Assembly (NCBI GenBank): GCA_043228905.1
Contig: JBHGNT010000014.1
Location: 14,136,001 to 14,200,000 of the forward strand
Direction: 5' to 3'
Origin: Azolla caroliniana
Taxonomy: Eukaryota > Plantae > Polypodiophyta
DNA length: 64,000 nucleotides
Made by a program: the position numbers and the translations under genes. Shown here piece by piece: positions 1 to 12,840 of the stretch. The notes below the pieces were generated by a model. That model was given only the letters and a program-made list of their open reading frames with translations, did not search any database and was not told the DNA's origin. Positions within the stretch are counted from its first letter, which is position 1. Every line of letters starts with the position of its first letter.

Positions 1-3000
1 ATGTTACAACCCCCGGACGAAGCAGGTCCGAGTTAGCCAGGATGTGGAGTTTGATGAGATGGCATCATGGTATGCCTTACCGGCTCCGACTTCCGACCCC
101 GACCCGATACCGGAGGATGAGGCTATTGAGCCTGACCAGTCCAGCTAGAAGATGATGAATCCGGGACTCAAGAAGAGAGTCCAGAATCATTTCGGTTGAA
201 TGGGCCGAACGAGAGACTGGGTCAATCCGACCAGTCAGAAGAGGAACCGGCAAGTAGTGAAGGCTCTGCAGTGCTCTCCCCGCGCAAGGAACCAAGGAGA
301 CGGTTCACACACAACGAGAAGGGGAAGAAGAAGATGCCGGATTATGAAACCGGTAATGATGAGTCGGATCAGAGCGGATCCGACTCCGGAAAGAAAAATG
401 ACGGTTCTTCGGCACCAAAGATCGAACCGGCCAAGAAGTGCCTCAAACCGGGTAACGGTGGGTTGCGTCGGTCAACCTACCAGAAAGAACCTGTTAAGCG
501 GTACGGGTACAATGAGTACATGGCGCATCATTATGCGTACATGACCAAGGTGGCAGAAGTGCGTGAGCTGAAGAGCTACATAGAAAGGGCAAACGACGCA
601 CATTCGTGTGCCGCTATGGAGGAAGAGATGCGGGCACTTGATGCCAACGACACATGGGACCTTGTCGACCCTCCCCAACGCTGTAAACCGATCGGATGTA
701 AGTTGGTGTACAAGGTAAAGTACAACGCTGACGGTTCAGTTAACCGGTACAAGGCCCAGTTAGTGGCGAAGGGATACGCGTAGACCCACGGAATCCATTA
801 TGACGAGACATTCACTCGAGTAGTGAAGATGACGACGGTTCGTGTGCTGCTAGCGATTGTTGCGGCAAAGGAGTGGCATCTTCACCAGATGGACGTGAAG
901 AATGCATTTCTTCAAGGAGATCTAGAAGAAGAGTTCTTTATGACCCAACCTCCCGGTTTTCAGTCGGAGATGAACAAGTCGGTTGTATGTCGGCTGAAGA
1001 AGTCACTTTATGGCCTAAAGCAAGCCCCCTGAGCGTGGAATGCGAAGATTACGCACCCGTTGCGTAAGTTGGGGTTTGCGGCCTCCAAGTCCAACTCTTC
1101 GTTTTTCATCCGACAAGGTCCGGACAGTTCGGTTTGCATCTTGCTGTATGTTGATGATCTAGTCATCATCGGACCTGGACGCGATGAAATCAGCCGAGTC
1201 AAGTCCCAACTGTCGGACGCATTTGAGATGAAGGACCTGGGGGACCTTCACTATTTCCTTGGGATCGAGGTGATCCGAACCCCCGATGGGATATTGGTCT
1301 CACAAAGACACTATGTGTTTTGGTCTCACAAAGACACTATGTGTTGAATATGTTGTACAAGTTCAGCATGACGGAATGCCACCCTATTTCTACACCCTTG
1401 GACCGACAACAGAAGCTCTGTCCCAACTCTGGACCGGCCTACGATGATAAACAATTCCGACTAATCGTCGGAAGCCCTATATATCTGACAATCACCCAAC
1501 CTGACATCAGTTATCCGGTCGGCGTGATCAGTCAATATATGCAGAAGCCAACTGTGGAGCACCTTCTGTGCGCGCATCTAATTTTGCAATATGTGAGCGG
1601 CACGAAGGACCGGGGACTATTATACCGGTGAGGTATAATGGAAGAGCTAGTCGGTTACACGGATGCCGATTGGGTCAGCGATGCGTCAAATCACAGATCA
1701 ACTTCCGGTTACATGTTTTCCCTTGGTAGCGCGACTATTGCATGGAGTAGGAAAAAGTAGCCCATTGTGGCTCTGTCAAGCACTGAGGCTGAGTATCGAG
1801 GTGCTACCGTCGCTAATTGTGAAGCCATTTGGCTTCGACGACTGCTACAAGACTTGTGGATCAAGGTGCCGACCCCGATCCTGATCTACTGCGACAATAT
1901 GAGCAGCATGCAACTCGCCAAGAACCCCGTATTCCATGCCCACACAAAACACATAGAAGTGCACTATCACTTCGTGCGTGAGCATATCCTAAGCGGTGAA
2001 GTCGAACTTCGGTATGTTCATACGGATCGGCACGTTGCCGACATCTTCACCAAACCGCTCGGATCGGACAAGTTGCAGCACTTTACCGAAATGCTTGGTG
2101 TTCAGCATCTCAACGTGCCAAACTTGAGGTGGAGAATGGGCAAGGGCACCACCGGAACGGGCAAAGGCAAAGAGACTGCCGATTGTGCCGGTGGGGGAAG
2201 AACCAACAAGGGGAGAGAAAGGAAGAAGAAAGGAGCCGAGTCGACAAAGGAAGTTGACACATCCAAACAAGTCGGAACAAGCGGCAGCGGAGGCAGAGTC
2301 AAGAACGATAGAGCCGACCATAAAGAAGAAGGCCAAGACCCGAACATGGTTCGATGTGTTGAAGGGCCTGGAACCAGAAGACGAATTGGGAGCAACCGAT
2401 TCGGACAAGAGATGGAACGAGTCAGAGACAGCCGATTTGATTCTACAGAGGGATTCGGAAGAACCAGATCAATTTAAGGCCAAGAGGACGAGATGACAGC
2501 AAAAGTCGACGCCAACACGAAGGAATCGGCGGGTCGACAAGCGTCGAAGTCACAACAACGAGGGAGCTAATTTGGGCTTGTTGAGCAGACAAGCCAACCA
2601 AGGAGGTCATGATGCGCAAAAACAGAAGGATCGCGGCAAACGGGACCAGACCGGACGAGGAGCGCGAGCGAGGCGGAGTGACGCTAGAAGGAGCCAAGTG
2701 GAAGGACCGGCTGCCATAGAGACTGACACTACGATCTGACCTCAAATTGAACTTGAGGGGGAGTGTTGAGCGGCAAGCTCAACCAGATCTGGATCGGCAT
2801 CCAGAAGGATGAGCCGGATCGGCGAACCGGTGAGCTGGGGAGCCGGTTAGCTGGATCAAGCAGTAACCGGAAGTGAAGTAGCAGCTAGTCTACTAAGGAG
2901 TTAATATCTCGTAGTTAGTGTTAGACGCTCGTGTGGGCATTGAATTACACCGTACTTCTGTCAGTCCGGATGGACTTGTATAAAAGTGTTCACTGAACAC

Positions 3001-3141
3001 ATACGATGTACAGACTGAGTAGTATTTTTTGAATTGAGTTTTTGTGTCCTCTCTCTCTATCTCTCCCGCAGACTGTTAAGCTCTCCATTAAACCTGTTTT
3101 CTATTGCTTCCGCACACTATTTGTTTCTACATGTTTGTATA

Positions 3142-3178
<37 letters not shown>

Positions 3179-3193
3179 ACGTTGCTACCAACA
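1..3193 (+). mobile_element. Ty1/Copia LTR retrotransposon, 3' part (RT, RNase H, PPT, 3' LTR), degenerate
   Basis: ORF fragments carry [33 protein letters not shown] and TKHIEVHYHF. There are several stops and a ~26-bp duplication near 1295-1345. PPT TTGAGGGGGAG precedes an LTR running TGTTGAG (2764) to CCAACA (3193). Confidence 0.93.
2764..3193 (+). repeat. 3' LTR of the Copia element
   Basis: TG...CA termini directly after the PPT; TATAAAAG near 2979; (CT)n tract. Confidence 0.85.
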
Positions 3194-3499
3194 AATCTTT
3201 CTACCACTTGCTGTCGTCACCGTCTGCAGCCATCGTCTTAGTCGTCACTACTACTGTCGTCGCCGTCTGTCTTTGTTTGTCGTCACCACCACCATCGTCA
3301 TCTCTGCCGTCATTCTGTTTTTTGTAGTGGTTGCCGTTGTTGTAGTTGTCGACCGCCAATGTTACCTGCGCTTCTGACGTCGTCGTCGGTTGAGTAAACG
3401 AGAGAGTATAAATGTGCTTCTACACTTATACCTAGTATAAATGTGCTTCTACACTTCTACACTCGGCTAAGGTTTCTGTCCTTTTTGTCTTTTCTTTCT

Positions 3500-5640
3500 T
3501 TTATCTTTTGAAGACGAAACCATAAGGAAACACACGAAGAAATTATAAGTAAGGAAGAATTTTTAGATGTCCTTAACCGTTTAGTTAAAATAGAAAAATG
3601 GGCGAAAGAGATTGAAGCTGAAAAACAAAAAGATAATGAAGAAAAATAAGTGCTTATTGCTGAAATAGCGAAACTTAAAGTAGACCACATGAACCTTCAG
3701 AAACAAGTTAAGGACCTTGAGACATCTAGGGAAGATGGTGAAATATCTTCCCTAGAGGATATTAAGGATGAGATAAAAAAGGTTAAGGAAGAGCTTAAAA
3801 GCGATATGGAATTAGCAAAAACTGGGTGGGTTGATGTAGTAAAACGTAATATTAAAAAGGAACTAATGGATGAAAATACTGTAAACACTACCCTTGAGGA
3901 GGGAAAAATGTGTCAAGCTCAACGCCTAAATGTACGAGTTACTGGGCTCAAGGAAGGTTCATCTCCTGATGAAGATGCACAAACATTAGGGAAAATGTTG
4001 GGGTACGACACCCTACCAATTACTAAAACTTGGAGGGCAAGACGTGACACCACTAGGAAAAGAGCTTTGGTTCTTCAGTTTAAGAACTTAGAATCTAGAA
4101 TCACATTTTTTTAAATCAGACCAATTCTTCGAGGATTGGGCGGGGACCCTATCTACCTTGATGAAAACCTCACCAAGATGCTAATTGAGCATCGTAAAAC
4201 TTGTATGCCTCGAGTTATCCAAGCTCGTAAAGAGGGGCATCATGCTTTTTACCGAGACAAACGTGTGATAATAAATGATCGCGCCACCCATTGACGACGT
4301 GTGGCCCATGTGGCATGACTTTATGGAACTGTAATGGTGCACTTTGGACACACCCTGGTTGTCTAGAGGAGATTTTGAAGGTATCGGACATACCTTTTTT
4401 AGTAGACACACATCAGAGTCCAAATCGAGGACTGCCACGAGTTGACGGTTTTCGTTGGGAAACCTCACGTCGACGCACTACTAGAGATTCTGGAGGGGTT
4501 GCGATAGTATTTTGGAGAGAGATACATAATAGAATAGAAATACTAAAGACAAATCTAGAGGCCCGTTTTATGTGGGTGAAAGTCCTCACTAGCAAGGATC
4601 AGGTGATATTTATCGCCGTTTATTACTTCCCCCGAAAGGATCCCGGTATAATATAGCTGGAGAGGCGAGTATAATTGATAAAGGAATGCCACATGGGCAT
4701 TCTCCATACAAGCCTTTATCGGATGACATAATTCAATATTCTTCTCAAGGGGAAGTCTTCCTTGTCGGAGATTTCAATATGAGAACCCAATCCCGACAAT
4801 GCACAATATTCTAGATGGATAGAAACCTAGAAATGGTGAATGTCAGCCCTTTAGCCTTAGACATAACACGTACATGAAAGGATCAAGGTACGGACCCCAC
4901 AAGCTTTGGCCATTATTTACTTGAACTTGGAAGTCGACACCAGATGATCATATATAATGGCATAGCCAAGTGGCCAGGCTCAAAAAAGCTCACATGTTTC
5001 ACACATGGAGGAGGGGAAAGCACAGTTCATTACCTAATAGGATGCCTTGAAGCTACCCACATGGTTAACTCCTTCCGGGTGGCCCCATGCCCAAGTGGTG
5101 CAAATCATAGCTTCCTATACTTTGAGCTAAAATGCGACCTCCCACGTTACCAACTCTAGTCAACCAAACCATCACACCATAATACATTTCACGCATGACC
5201 TCGCTGACATCTACTCCCGACATGTTCAAGCGCATCTCTCCTCTTTTGATTCTTCCTTGCCTTTATAGAACCTCACTACAAAACTCGCACACATCCTTCA
5301 CTCAACAGCAATTAGTAGCTTTCCATACGTGAAACACACTAATCATAGTAGAATAGGGTCTATGCCACAGAACAAGTGGTATACTATGGATTGTAGAGAG
5401 TTGTATAGACAACTTAAAGTGTCATGACTTAATGGTACTATTTCCTCAGTACAGGCTCGCAAAGAGATACGCAAGATGACACGTCGTAAAAGAGGAGCTT
5501 GGGAAACATCTCAATATTGGGAACTCTACCATATGCTCATGAGTAGGAACTACACCCTTGCATGGAAGAGACTACGGGAACCACGACCACAAACACCCAT
5601 CGAGGATCCCAATATTTGGCGCACATATATCGAGATACTC
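3500..5640 (+). mobile_element. Degenerate LINE (ORF1 plus the apurinic-endonuclease part of ORF2), 3'-truncated
   Basis: ORF1 is coiled-coil followed by LNVRVTGLKE...IYLDENLT. ORF2 begins TLWNCNG and has SGGVAI and VGDFN. Clearly similar to 12841-13900. Confidence 0.8.
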
Positions 5641-5762
5641 AGTTTTACATACTCAGTCTTATATACCACTCTTTATACAAAGGTTTAAAATCGAAAGTTT
5701 GTCTAGGAGAAATATATATATACAAGAACCTAAGGCTAAAATTCAAGTCGATGTTCATGACA

Positions 5763-8700
5763 ATGTATTGATATACTCTTCGGAGTGCCAATAGTTCTAT
5801 GGGTTGAACACGTGATTCCAAGCGCATAACATGGTAAGAGGTAGTGTATTTAACTCCTAATTGCCTCCAAAACATCTTTTGAATTTTCTCAATCTCATTC
5901 CATGCATTAAGAGAGATAGTGCCACCCCATACTTCTACTCCATAAAGCAATACTTGAGTTACCATGGCATTGAACAACATTTTTTTTACTTCCCATCCAC
6001 AAGTATCACTTTCGTTGCATTGGCTCTCCAAAAGGTAATATGATTTCCAACCGGCTTGGAGCCTAGAATCAAAGCATGCACTCCATTTATATGTGGTGGA
6101 TACATCAATACCAAGATATTTAAAGCTTCGAACAAATTGTATATGTTCACCTCTATATGTGAGCATAGGGTAATGGTTAGGTTGGATGGTTTGCACTACC
6201 ATCATTTTTTGTTAGTCCACATTCACTACTAGTCCACTACTATGGCAAAATTCTTCCTATACCCGAAGTAAATTTTGCATACTATCAACATCATATGAGA
6301 AGAGTACCACATCATATGTATATAGAAGTAATAAGATAACATGTTGCATCAATTTGGGGGCATTCAATCCTTCTTCTCTTGCAACCTTATTCACCACTTC
6401 TTCCAATACATAAGCCAAAGAGTGTGGGTGATACTAGACATCCTTCCTTGACCCCAATGTTACTTAAAAAGTGCTTTGAGAATCCACTATCCATTTTTAG
6501 TTGTCATATAACTTGTTCATATAGGCATGCAACAACAGCTCTAATGGTATGTCAATCTCTACCATTCTATTCCAAAGCTCACTTCGTTGTTGTGATGTGG
6601 TGTGTTTAGTGCGAGAAAAAGTCAAAAGGTGAGGATACACACACATTTCACAAATACTTGTAAAAATGAAAATAAATCAATAATAAATAAACCTAGGACC
6701 TAATGGCATTGAGTGCGTATAGAGGGGTGCAAGTAAGATTTGAACCTTGCACCTCCAGGATAGGAAGCAATTAGCTTACCACTAAAGCTACTACTAAGTG
6801 TTTTAGATTTTGTATATTTCCTTATCATATTCAGTATTCCATAGGAAACAAACGTACAAAACCGTGTGCACAAAACCATGGTATTAAGCCCATGGTTTTG
6901 TGCATGTCATAAGCAAAACCATGGTTTTAGCCCATGGTTTTGTGCATGTCATAAGCATGGAGAGACCTATAAAAGCCTGTAGTTGAGCTTGTGTAAAGGG
7001 GGGTCAATTTGGAGATCTTCTTATTCTTCTTCTTGACATCTATTTTCTTCTCAAGTATAAAAATCTTCGATCTTCTCAAGTGTGACATTAGTTTCCTCGA
7101 CTCCTACATACACATCATCATCTGTTCGACAATTTCATGAACGTCCTCCCCGGTCTGAGACCCCGGTGGTCCCGCTCAAGCGAAGCACGACGCGCGCGCA
7201 TCTTCGTGACATCGTGATTTGGCATTAGAAGCTTTCTTAAAATCAACAAAACAACAATAAAGTGTTTTCTCTTGTAGTTGACTCTCTTCCATGATTACTC
7301 TCAATGTGACGAAATGATCCATAGTGGAATGTTTTGGTCTAAATCCTGCTTACCCAAGTGCTCTTTTGCTTGTAGTTTTGGCCCATTTGCTTATCTTTTG
7401 CTCCATAATGGTGCTATATAATTTAGCAATAGTTGAGCTCACCATTATTGTACAATAATTTGATACTTGATTCTTATCTCCGGCTTTAAATATTGGTTTA
7501 ATCCAATTCAGAAACCAATCATTTGGAAATCCAATTTTGGCCTTAGAAGACGTTAATATATCTTTCTTTCTTTCTTTTTATAATTGTCATTATCCAATGA
7601 CAAGTATGTGGCATTGCCCCTTTTAAAAGCTCACTTGATACGTAGGTTCCATCTGTTTCTTTCCCACTTGTTCCCTTACTGACATCATCAATATCGATAC
7701 ATGTGGTGCATGGTGTTTCAATTTTCTCAACCATAGGAGCCACACCTTCATGCATATATAGCCTTTGTACATAATCTAACATCTCTTCATTTGTAATGTG
7801 GCCTTTCAAATATTCTTTCTTACCCTTGAGTTGCCCCCATGCTAATTTTTGTTTGATCTTAAACAAGTTTTCTTTTTCATCTCTTGCATTTGGAAATAAC
7901 TTCTTTTCTTTCTCCTCACTACTTTCTTATATAGGTGCCATGCAACAATCTTTTCATTTCCCCCCTCTATGGACTTAAACCATTTCAAATACATCTTACA
8001 TTCATCATTGAACCTAAGAATTACATGGAAAACTACACATCTTATGCCCACCCACATGCCTCTTAAAATATTGATACCCAACCTTAAGGATGATCTCCTT
8101 CAAATATTGCCAATTTTCTTTAGCATCGTTGCTTAGAGAAAAATTTAATAAATGGTTCTCCACTTCATTTGCATACATCTTAGCTTTTTCGTAGCAAGGT
8201 CGGATGATATATCACTTTTCATCTTTTACTCCAGGGCATCTATTGGTGAAAGTACACTGGTTTGTGGTTTGAGTCCGGAGATAGAGAACCAACTTTAAAC
8301 ACATTCACCAATGATAGATCACATGCCAACATTAATGCATAATCAACCACACTTCCTCCACCCAAGGATGGTAAACATGTGAGCACATTTTTCAATGGGA
8401 ATGCCTTTATACCATTTAGGATAGTCAAGTTTGTGCAATTTAACATATGTATAAACAGTTTTCCATAATTTGACATGACACAATCCTCTGAGTCACGCAA
8501 TAGACAATGTTCTACTACATTTTCTTCAAATGTCTCCACATTTTGGAAATTTCCAACTCTTGAATTGAAGTCTCCCATAATTAAAACTTTGCCAAGCTTC
8601 TCAAATGAAAGTACATCATGACATAATTTTGTAAAAGGATCATCACAATCTAACCCAAACCTATTATAGTAGTTTGAGTCTTTGTGAGGAATGTAACATG

Positions 8701-9095
8701 CAACTATATACAACTTCTCTTTCCCCAAATTAACCTCTATCCATATATATCTCTTATAGTCATAATATTTACATACTTTGATAGAATTATCTAAGCTCTC
8801 ATGGTAGATACATGCTATCCCGGCACACCCAATATTCCCTTTAGAGTGAGGCCATATCGAATTTATGAGGTAACCTATACCTTAGGTATACGTTTGGCCT
8901 CATGCTCCCATGTTTCAGCCAAAAATATAATATCCATACCTTGAGCTACATCATGGAGTCCTAAACCCTTATTCCATAGATATCCTCTACAATTCCAAAA
9001 CATTACTTTCAATCGTGAAACACTTATAGTCCCATAGGTCGTTGCTTGCTATGCCTTTTGATTTGCTTTCCTACATGCATATCGGTAAAAGCATG
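5763..9095 (-). mobile_element. Degenerate LINE (APE-RT), split by a solo LTR
   Basis: Minus strand reads FWNCRG, IMGDFNSR, SVVDY and SNHKPV (APE), then CCFVDFKKA, GVKEGCLVSPTLFG, FKYLG and LLYGVEVWG (RT). The RT reading continues across 6588-7211. Confidence 0.85.
6588..7211 (+). repeat. Solo LTR with a 4-bp TSD (TCGT)
   Basis: TGTTGTG...CGTGACA flanked by TCGT at 6584-6587 and 7212-7215; TATA-like CCTATAAAAG near 6966; internal duplicated CAAAACCATGG hairpin units. Confidence 0.85.
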
Positions 9096-9387
9096 CGAGT
9101 GGAAACACTATTATAGCTAATTAGCTACTAAAATGGCCACAACTAATTAGCTATTTATTTAGCTAGTTTTTTGCGGGCAAATCATAAGGATGGTTTATTA
9201 AATTTTATGTTTTATTAGTTAAATAAATGTCATTTAAATACATGTCATTTTATTTATGAGAATACTCAAATATTTGAACTTTGGTTTCTGACGTAGTGGA
9301 ACTTGGGGAATAGTGCCATCATCTAAGGTCGATTTGAATGTCATCAAATTCCTGATAATCTTGAGTTCGAGTTCGAACTCCAAACAA

Positions 9388-10851
9388 ATGGAGTACTCTG
9401 AGCACGAACACAGACGAAGCTCCCAAGCAGCACAAAAACTATGAGATCAACATTGCACCTTTAGAGCTACAACACACAACCAGTTCAATCCTCGTCCAGG
9501 TATGTATTAGTTACATATTAATAATAAAAAAATCCTTTGTGATATCTGTTTGTAACTTTGGTGCATGTTCATCTTTCCCAAAAATCGAATAGGGCGAAGT
9601 TGTTGGAGTCCCAACAAGGATGTCTCGAAGATCAAGGTGTAGCAGCAGGTGTGTTTCTGATTGACAGAATTTCGTATTACGGTTGATTTCGGCCGTTAGT
9701 GGTTTAGGGTTTTTTATTACAAATTTCAGATTACAAATTTCTAATTACAAATTTTTGATTACAAATTTCAGATTACTATCGTAATGTGTTGTAATTTTGC
9801 ACCAATTCTCATGACAAATTCTGATTAGGGTTTTTGATTTTTTAAGTGGTTGATTTTTTATACATGTTGAAAAGGACAGATTACAAATTTCAGATTATTG
9901 TCTCAAAGTGCTGTAATTTTGCACCAAATTCACATTAAAAATTCTGTTTTTGCACCAATTCTAATTACTGATTTTCTATTTCAGGTGGCTTGTTCCTCCC
10001 TATCCTGGAGTGCTAAACTTCGCAAAATTTTGTGAGACAAAGGAGGACTTTCACAACATATATGGTATGTCGCTCGAGGATATTCACCCTATTGTTCTAA
10101 CAAATAGATTGATTAATGATGTAGATTGGATGTCAGTATCTAAAGTGCCTAGAGTGAAAGGCAAGCTCAAGCTCAAGCACGTACGATTGGATTAGTACGA
10201 TGACTGCACGAGACTGCACCAAAATGTACATCAAGAGATCCCGATCAACAACAAGTTGTACGTTTCATTTGCTAGAGCTTTTGCATTTGAGTATTACAAA
10301 AGAGCGAAGGAATCTCGTGACCTTGAAATGTACAACGTAGCTTGGGCAATTTATGGTGAGGCATCGGTAGAAGGATGCCGGAAGATGGGGAGTTTGCAAC
10401 AAAAAATGGAAAGATTTTGGAGCATGGCAGTTGATGATGCAATTGCCAAATCTCAACCAACCTGCAAGTATACACCACACCAATAAACGATGAAAGCCAA
10501 TGTCGATGATACAGGTGAGACATTGATTAGGTATATGCTAAAAAATGTCCATGAAGCCTTGAGACCATGGTTGTTTACATACCCATATTTAATGTTTAAA
10601 TACGTATAGTACCTCATCATTTGTATAGTACGTACTATACCTCAATGTTGTTAAGTCAAATATCATGTACATTTGTCCAATACGGTATTTAACGTATTTA
10701 TAAAAAAACAGGTATAATACGTATTTATAAAGAAAATGTAAGTAAAACCGCAACAAAAAGCAACAGAAAAAAAAGATTTTAGTGAAAACGAAGCCAAAGG
10801 AAGGAAGAAAGAAGAATAGAAGAGACGACGATGAAGAAGATGAAGAAGAAG

Positions 10852-10883
<32 letters not shown>

Positions 10884-12150
10884 GAAGAGAGAAAAGAAGA
10901 CAGAAAGTTGTCTTGACTCTGAGTGTGATAATCGCAAAAGATAGAAGAAGGAGAAGAAGAAGAAGCAAAAGAAGAGAGAAAAGAAGACATAAACTTGTCC
11001 TGACTCTAAGTGTTATAATCGCAGAAGATAGAAGAAGCAAACGAAGAAAAGAGAAACCTATCATGAGTGTGATAATCGTAGACGATTCCTCAATCTATGA
11101 AGGCATAATTGTAAATAATTACAATTTGAAGTAGAACATCGTGATACATACTTACACTAATTTATAGAATAAGGGAATGTCGACATCCATATTACTACAA
11201 GTATTTTAGGATGTGAAATGTTCAAATGTCTTATGTGCATTTTAGGATGTAGAACTATACTGTACATCACAAAATTGGGTAAAGCTAGATGTTTTTCACA
11301 ATACTATAGATATTTTTTAGAAAGGTAAATAATTTTCAAATTCTAGAAGTATTTAACATACAATACATAAAATACGTAAACTACGTATTTTACATATTTT
11401 ATAAGTATTTAACATCTTAAGAAAACGTATTTAACGTATTTTCTTAGGCTGTTGCGATGGAGAGCAAAGTCACTTTGGTAGTTACAGCAATCAGAAATAA
11501 GATTCAGGTACCTATTGTTTTGCGAGTATGTAATATGTTATAAATAACTTGTACATGAAAATGTGCTAGTGAGGCATTATCTGGAACAGGTTGCTCAACA
11601 TAAGCTTGAAATTGAGGGGTTGATGGATCCCCAACGGAAAATTGAACTACAGACAGAGATCCAGGATCTTTTAATGAACCTGGACCTTGTAGGTGTAAAT
11701 ACTGTCACTGATTACAATTTGGACAAGCTACAAGTAAGTTAATGATTCTTCTTTCTTGTTGTTGTATCTTCCCCATTAAGGAATAATTAATCGGTAAATT
11801 TCTCGGCTGCGTTGAAGGAACAATACTCCCGTCAAGTATAGGTAGTTAGTTGCCTTAAGAAGCAACTACATTTTGTGGAGGGGATGGTAAGGAGCATATA
11901 AGAATTGGACCTGTACATTCTTGCTCCCTTACCAAATGAAAGAGAACCAGGAAACAATATATTGATTGTTCAAGCACGTTGCATCACTTGTAGATTACGT
12001 GTAGAGGACAAAACTACTACTCTGTTGGTTCACCTACAACCATGCCAACACACATACCATATCATTTGTTTTCAATATGCTTGTCATATTGCTGCATTCT
12101 GTTTGGAGGATTGTAGTATAGCTCTCCCAGATGAGTGGAGAAAACTAATA
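9388..12150 (+). pseudogene. Relic multi-exon gene ending in a RING-like zinc finger, possibly transposon cargo
   Basis: Short exon-like blocks bounded by GT..AG. 11905-12189 encodes CITC...PCQHTYHIIC...C..C...LPDEW. In-frame stops are present. Confidence 0.4.
10830..11080 (+). repeat. (GAA)n microsatellite followed by imperfect ~60-80-bp tandem units
   Basis: GAA run at about 10833-10880; repeated GACTCT.AGTGT.ATAATCGCA.AAGATAGAAGAAG. Confidence 0.8.
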
Positions 12151-12174
12151 GGTAAAATTGCTACTTGTGACCAT

Positions 12175-12475
12175 AGTGTAGCTAATTAGTTACATCTTTG
12201 CTAATTAGGTAAGCCGTACAAAGTGTGGAAACTGTTTAGCTGTTATGGTTGTAGTGTAGTAGTTAATTAGCTAACATGTAGCTAATTAGCTAAGTGGTAG
12301 CGAACTAGCTACTACCATACTTTAGCTGAGTAGCTAATTAGCTAAGTGATAGCCAATTAGCTACTACCATAGTTGAGTATAGTAGCTAATTATCTAAGTG
12401 GTAGCTAATTAGCTACTACCATAGTTTAGTACAGTAGCTAATTAGCTAAGTGGTAGTTAATTAGCTACTACCATA
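12175..12475. repeat. Array of palindromic TAGCTAATTAGCTA units (subterminal-repeat-like)
   Basis: About 41-bp period with two palindromes per unit; the same motif recurs at 9114-9165. Confidence 0.8.
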
Positions 12476-12840
12476 CTTTCATTATGAGTAGTGGTTATTA
12501 AGAGCTATTATTACTATATTCCCATCTCAAAAAATGGCCCATGGGTGACCCCATAATAAGCCCTATTCCTCCCTATAGAGGAAAGTGGCACCTATTTTAA
12601 CATTACATGTTTTTTTTCCTTTATCATAAAAATAGAAGGATAGGAGCAAAATACTCCTTCATTTGAAGCAAGAAAGACTCAACTCAAACTCTACACCTCT
12701 CTCTATATATTTATACGCCTTAACCATTACGCTACTACAAGTTATTTATTATTATAATTATTATTTTCATTTATATATTATTTCTCACTGTGCGTGGAAG
12801 CTCGCTTTTTCTCACAGTGCACACGCCACACCACGCCACC

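Noticed and set aside
5640-5766. Possible seventh NCGN insertion end (CATGACA followed by ATGT)
   Set aside because: No left terminus or second TSD copy to confirm it
10589-11134. Poly-Ser/Leu/Arg ORFs
   Set aside because: Translations of the (GAA)n repeat
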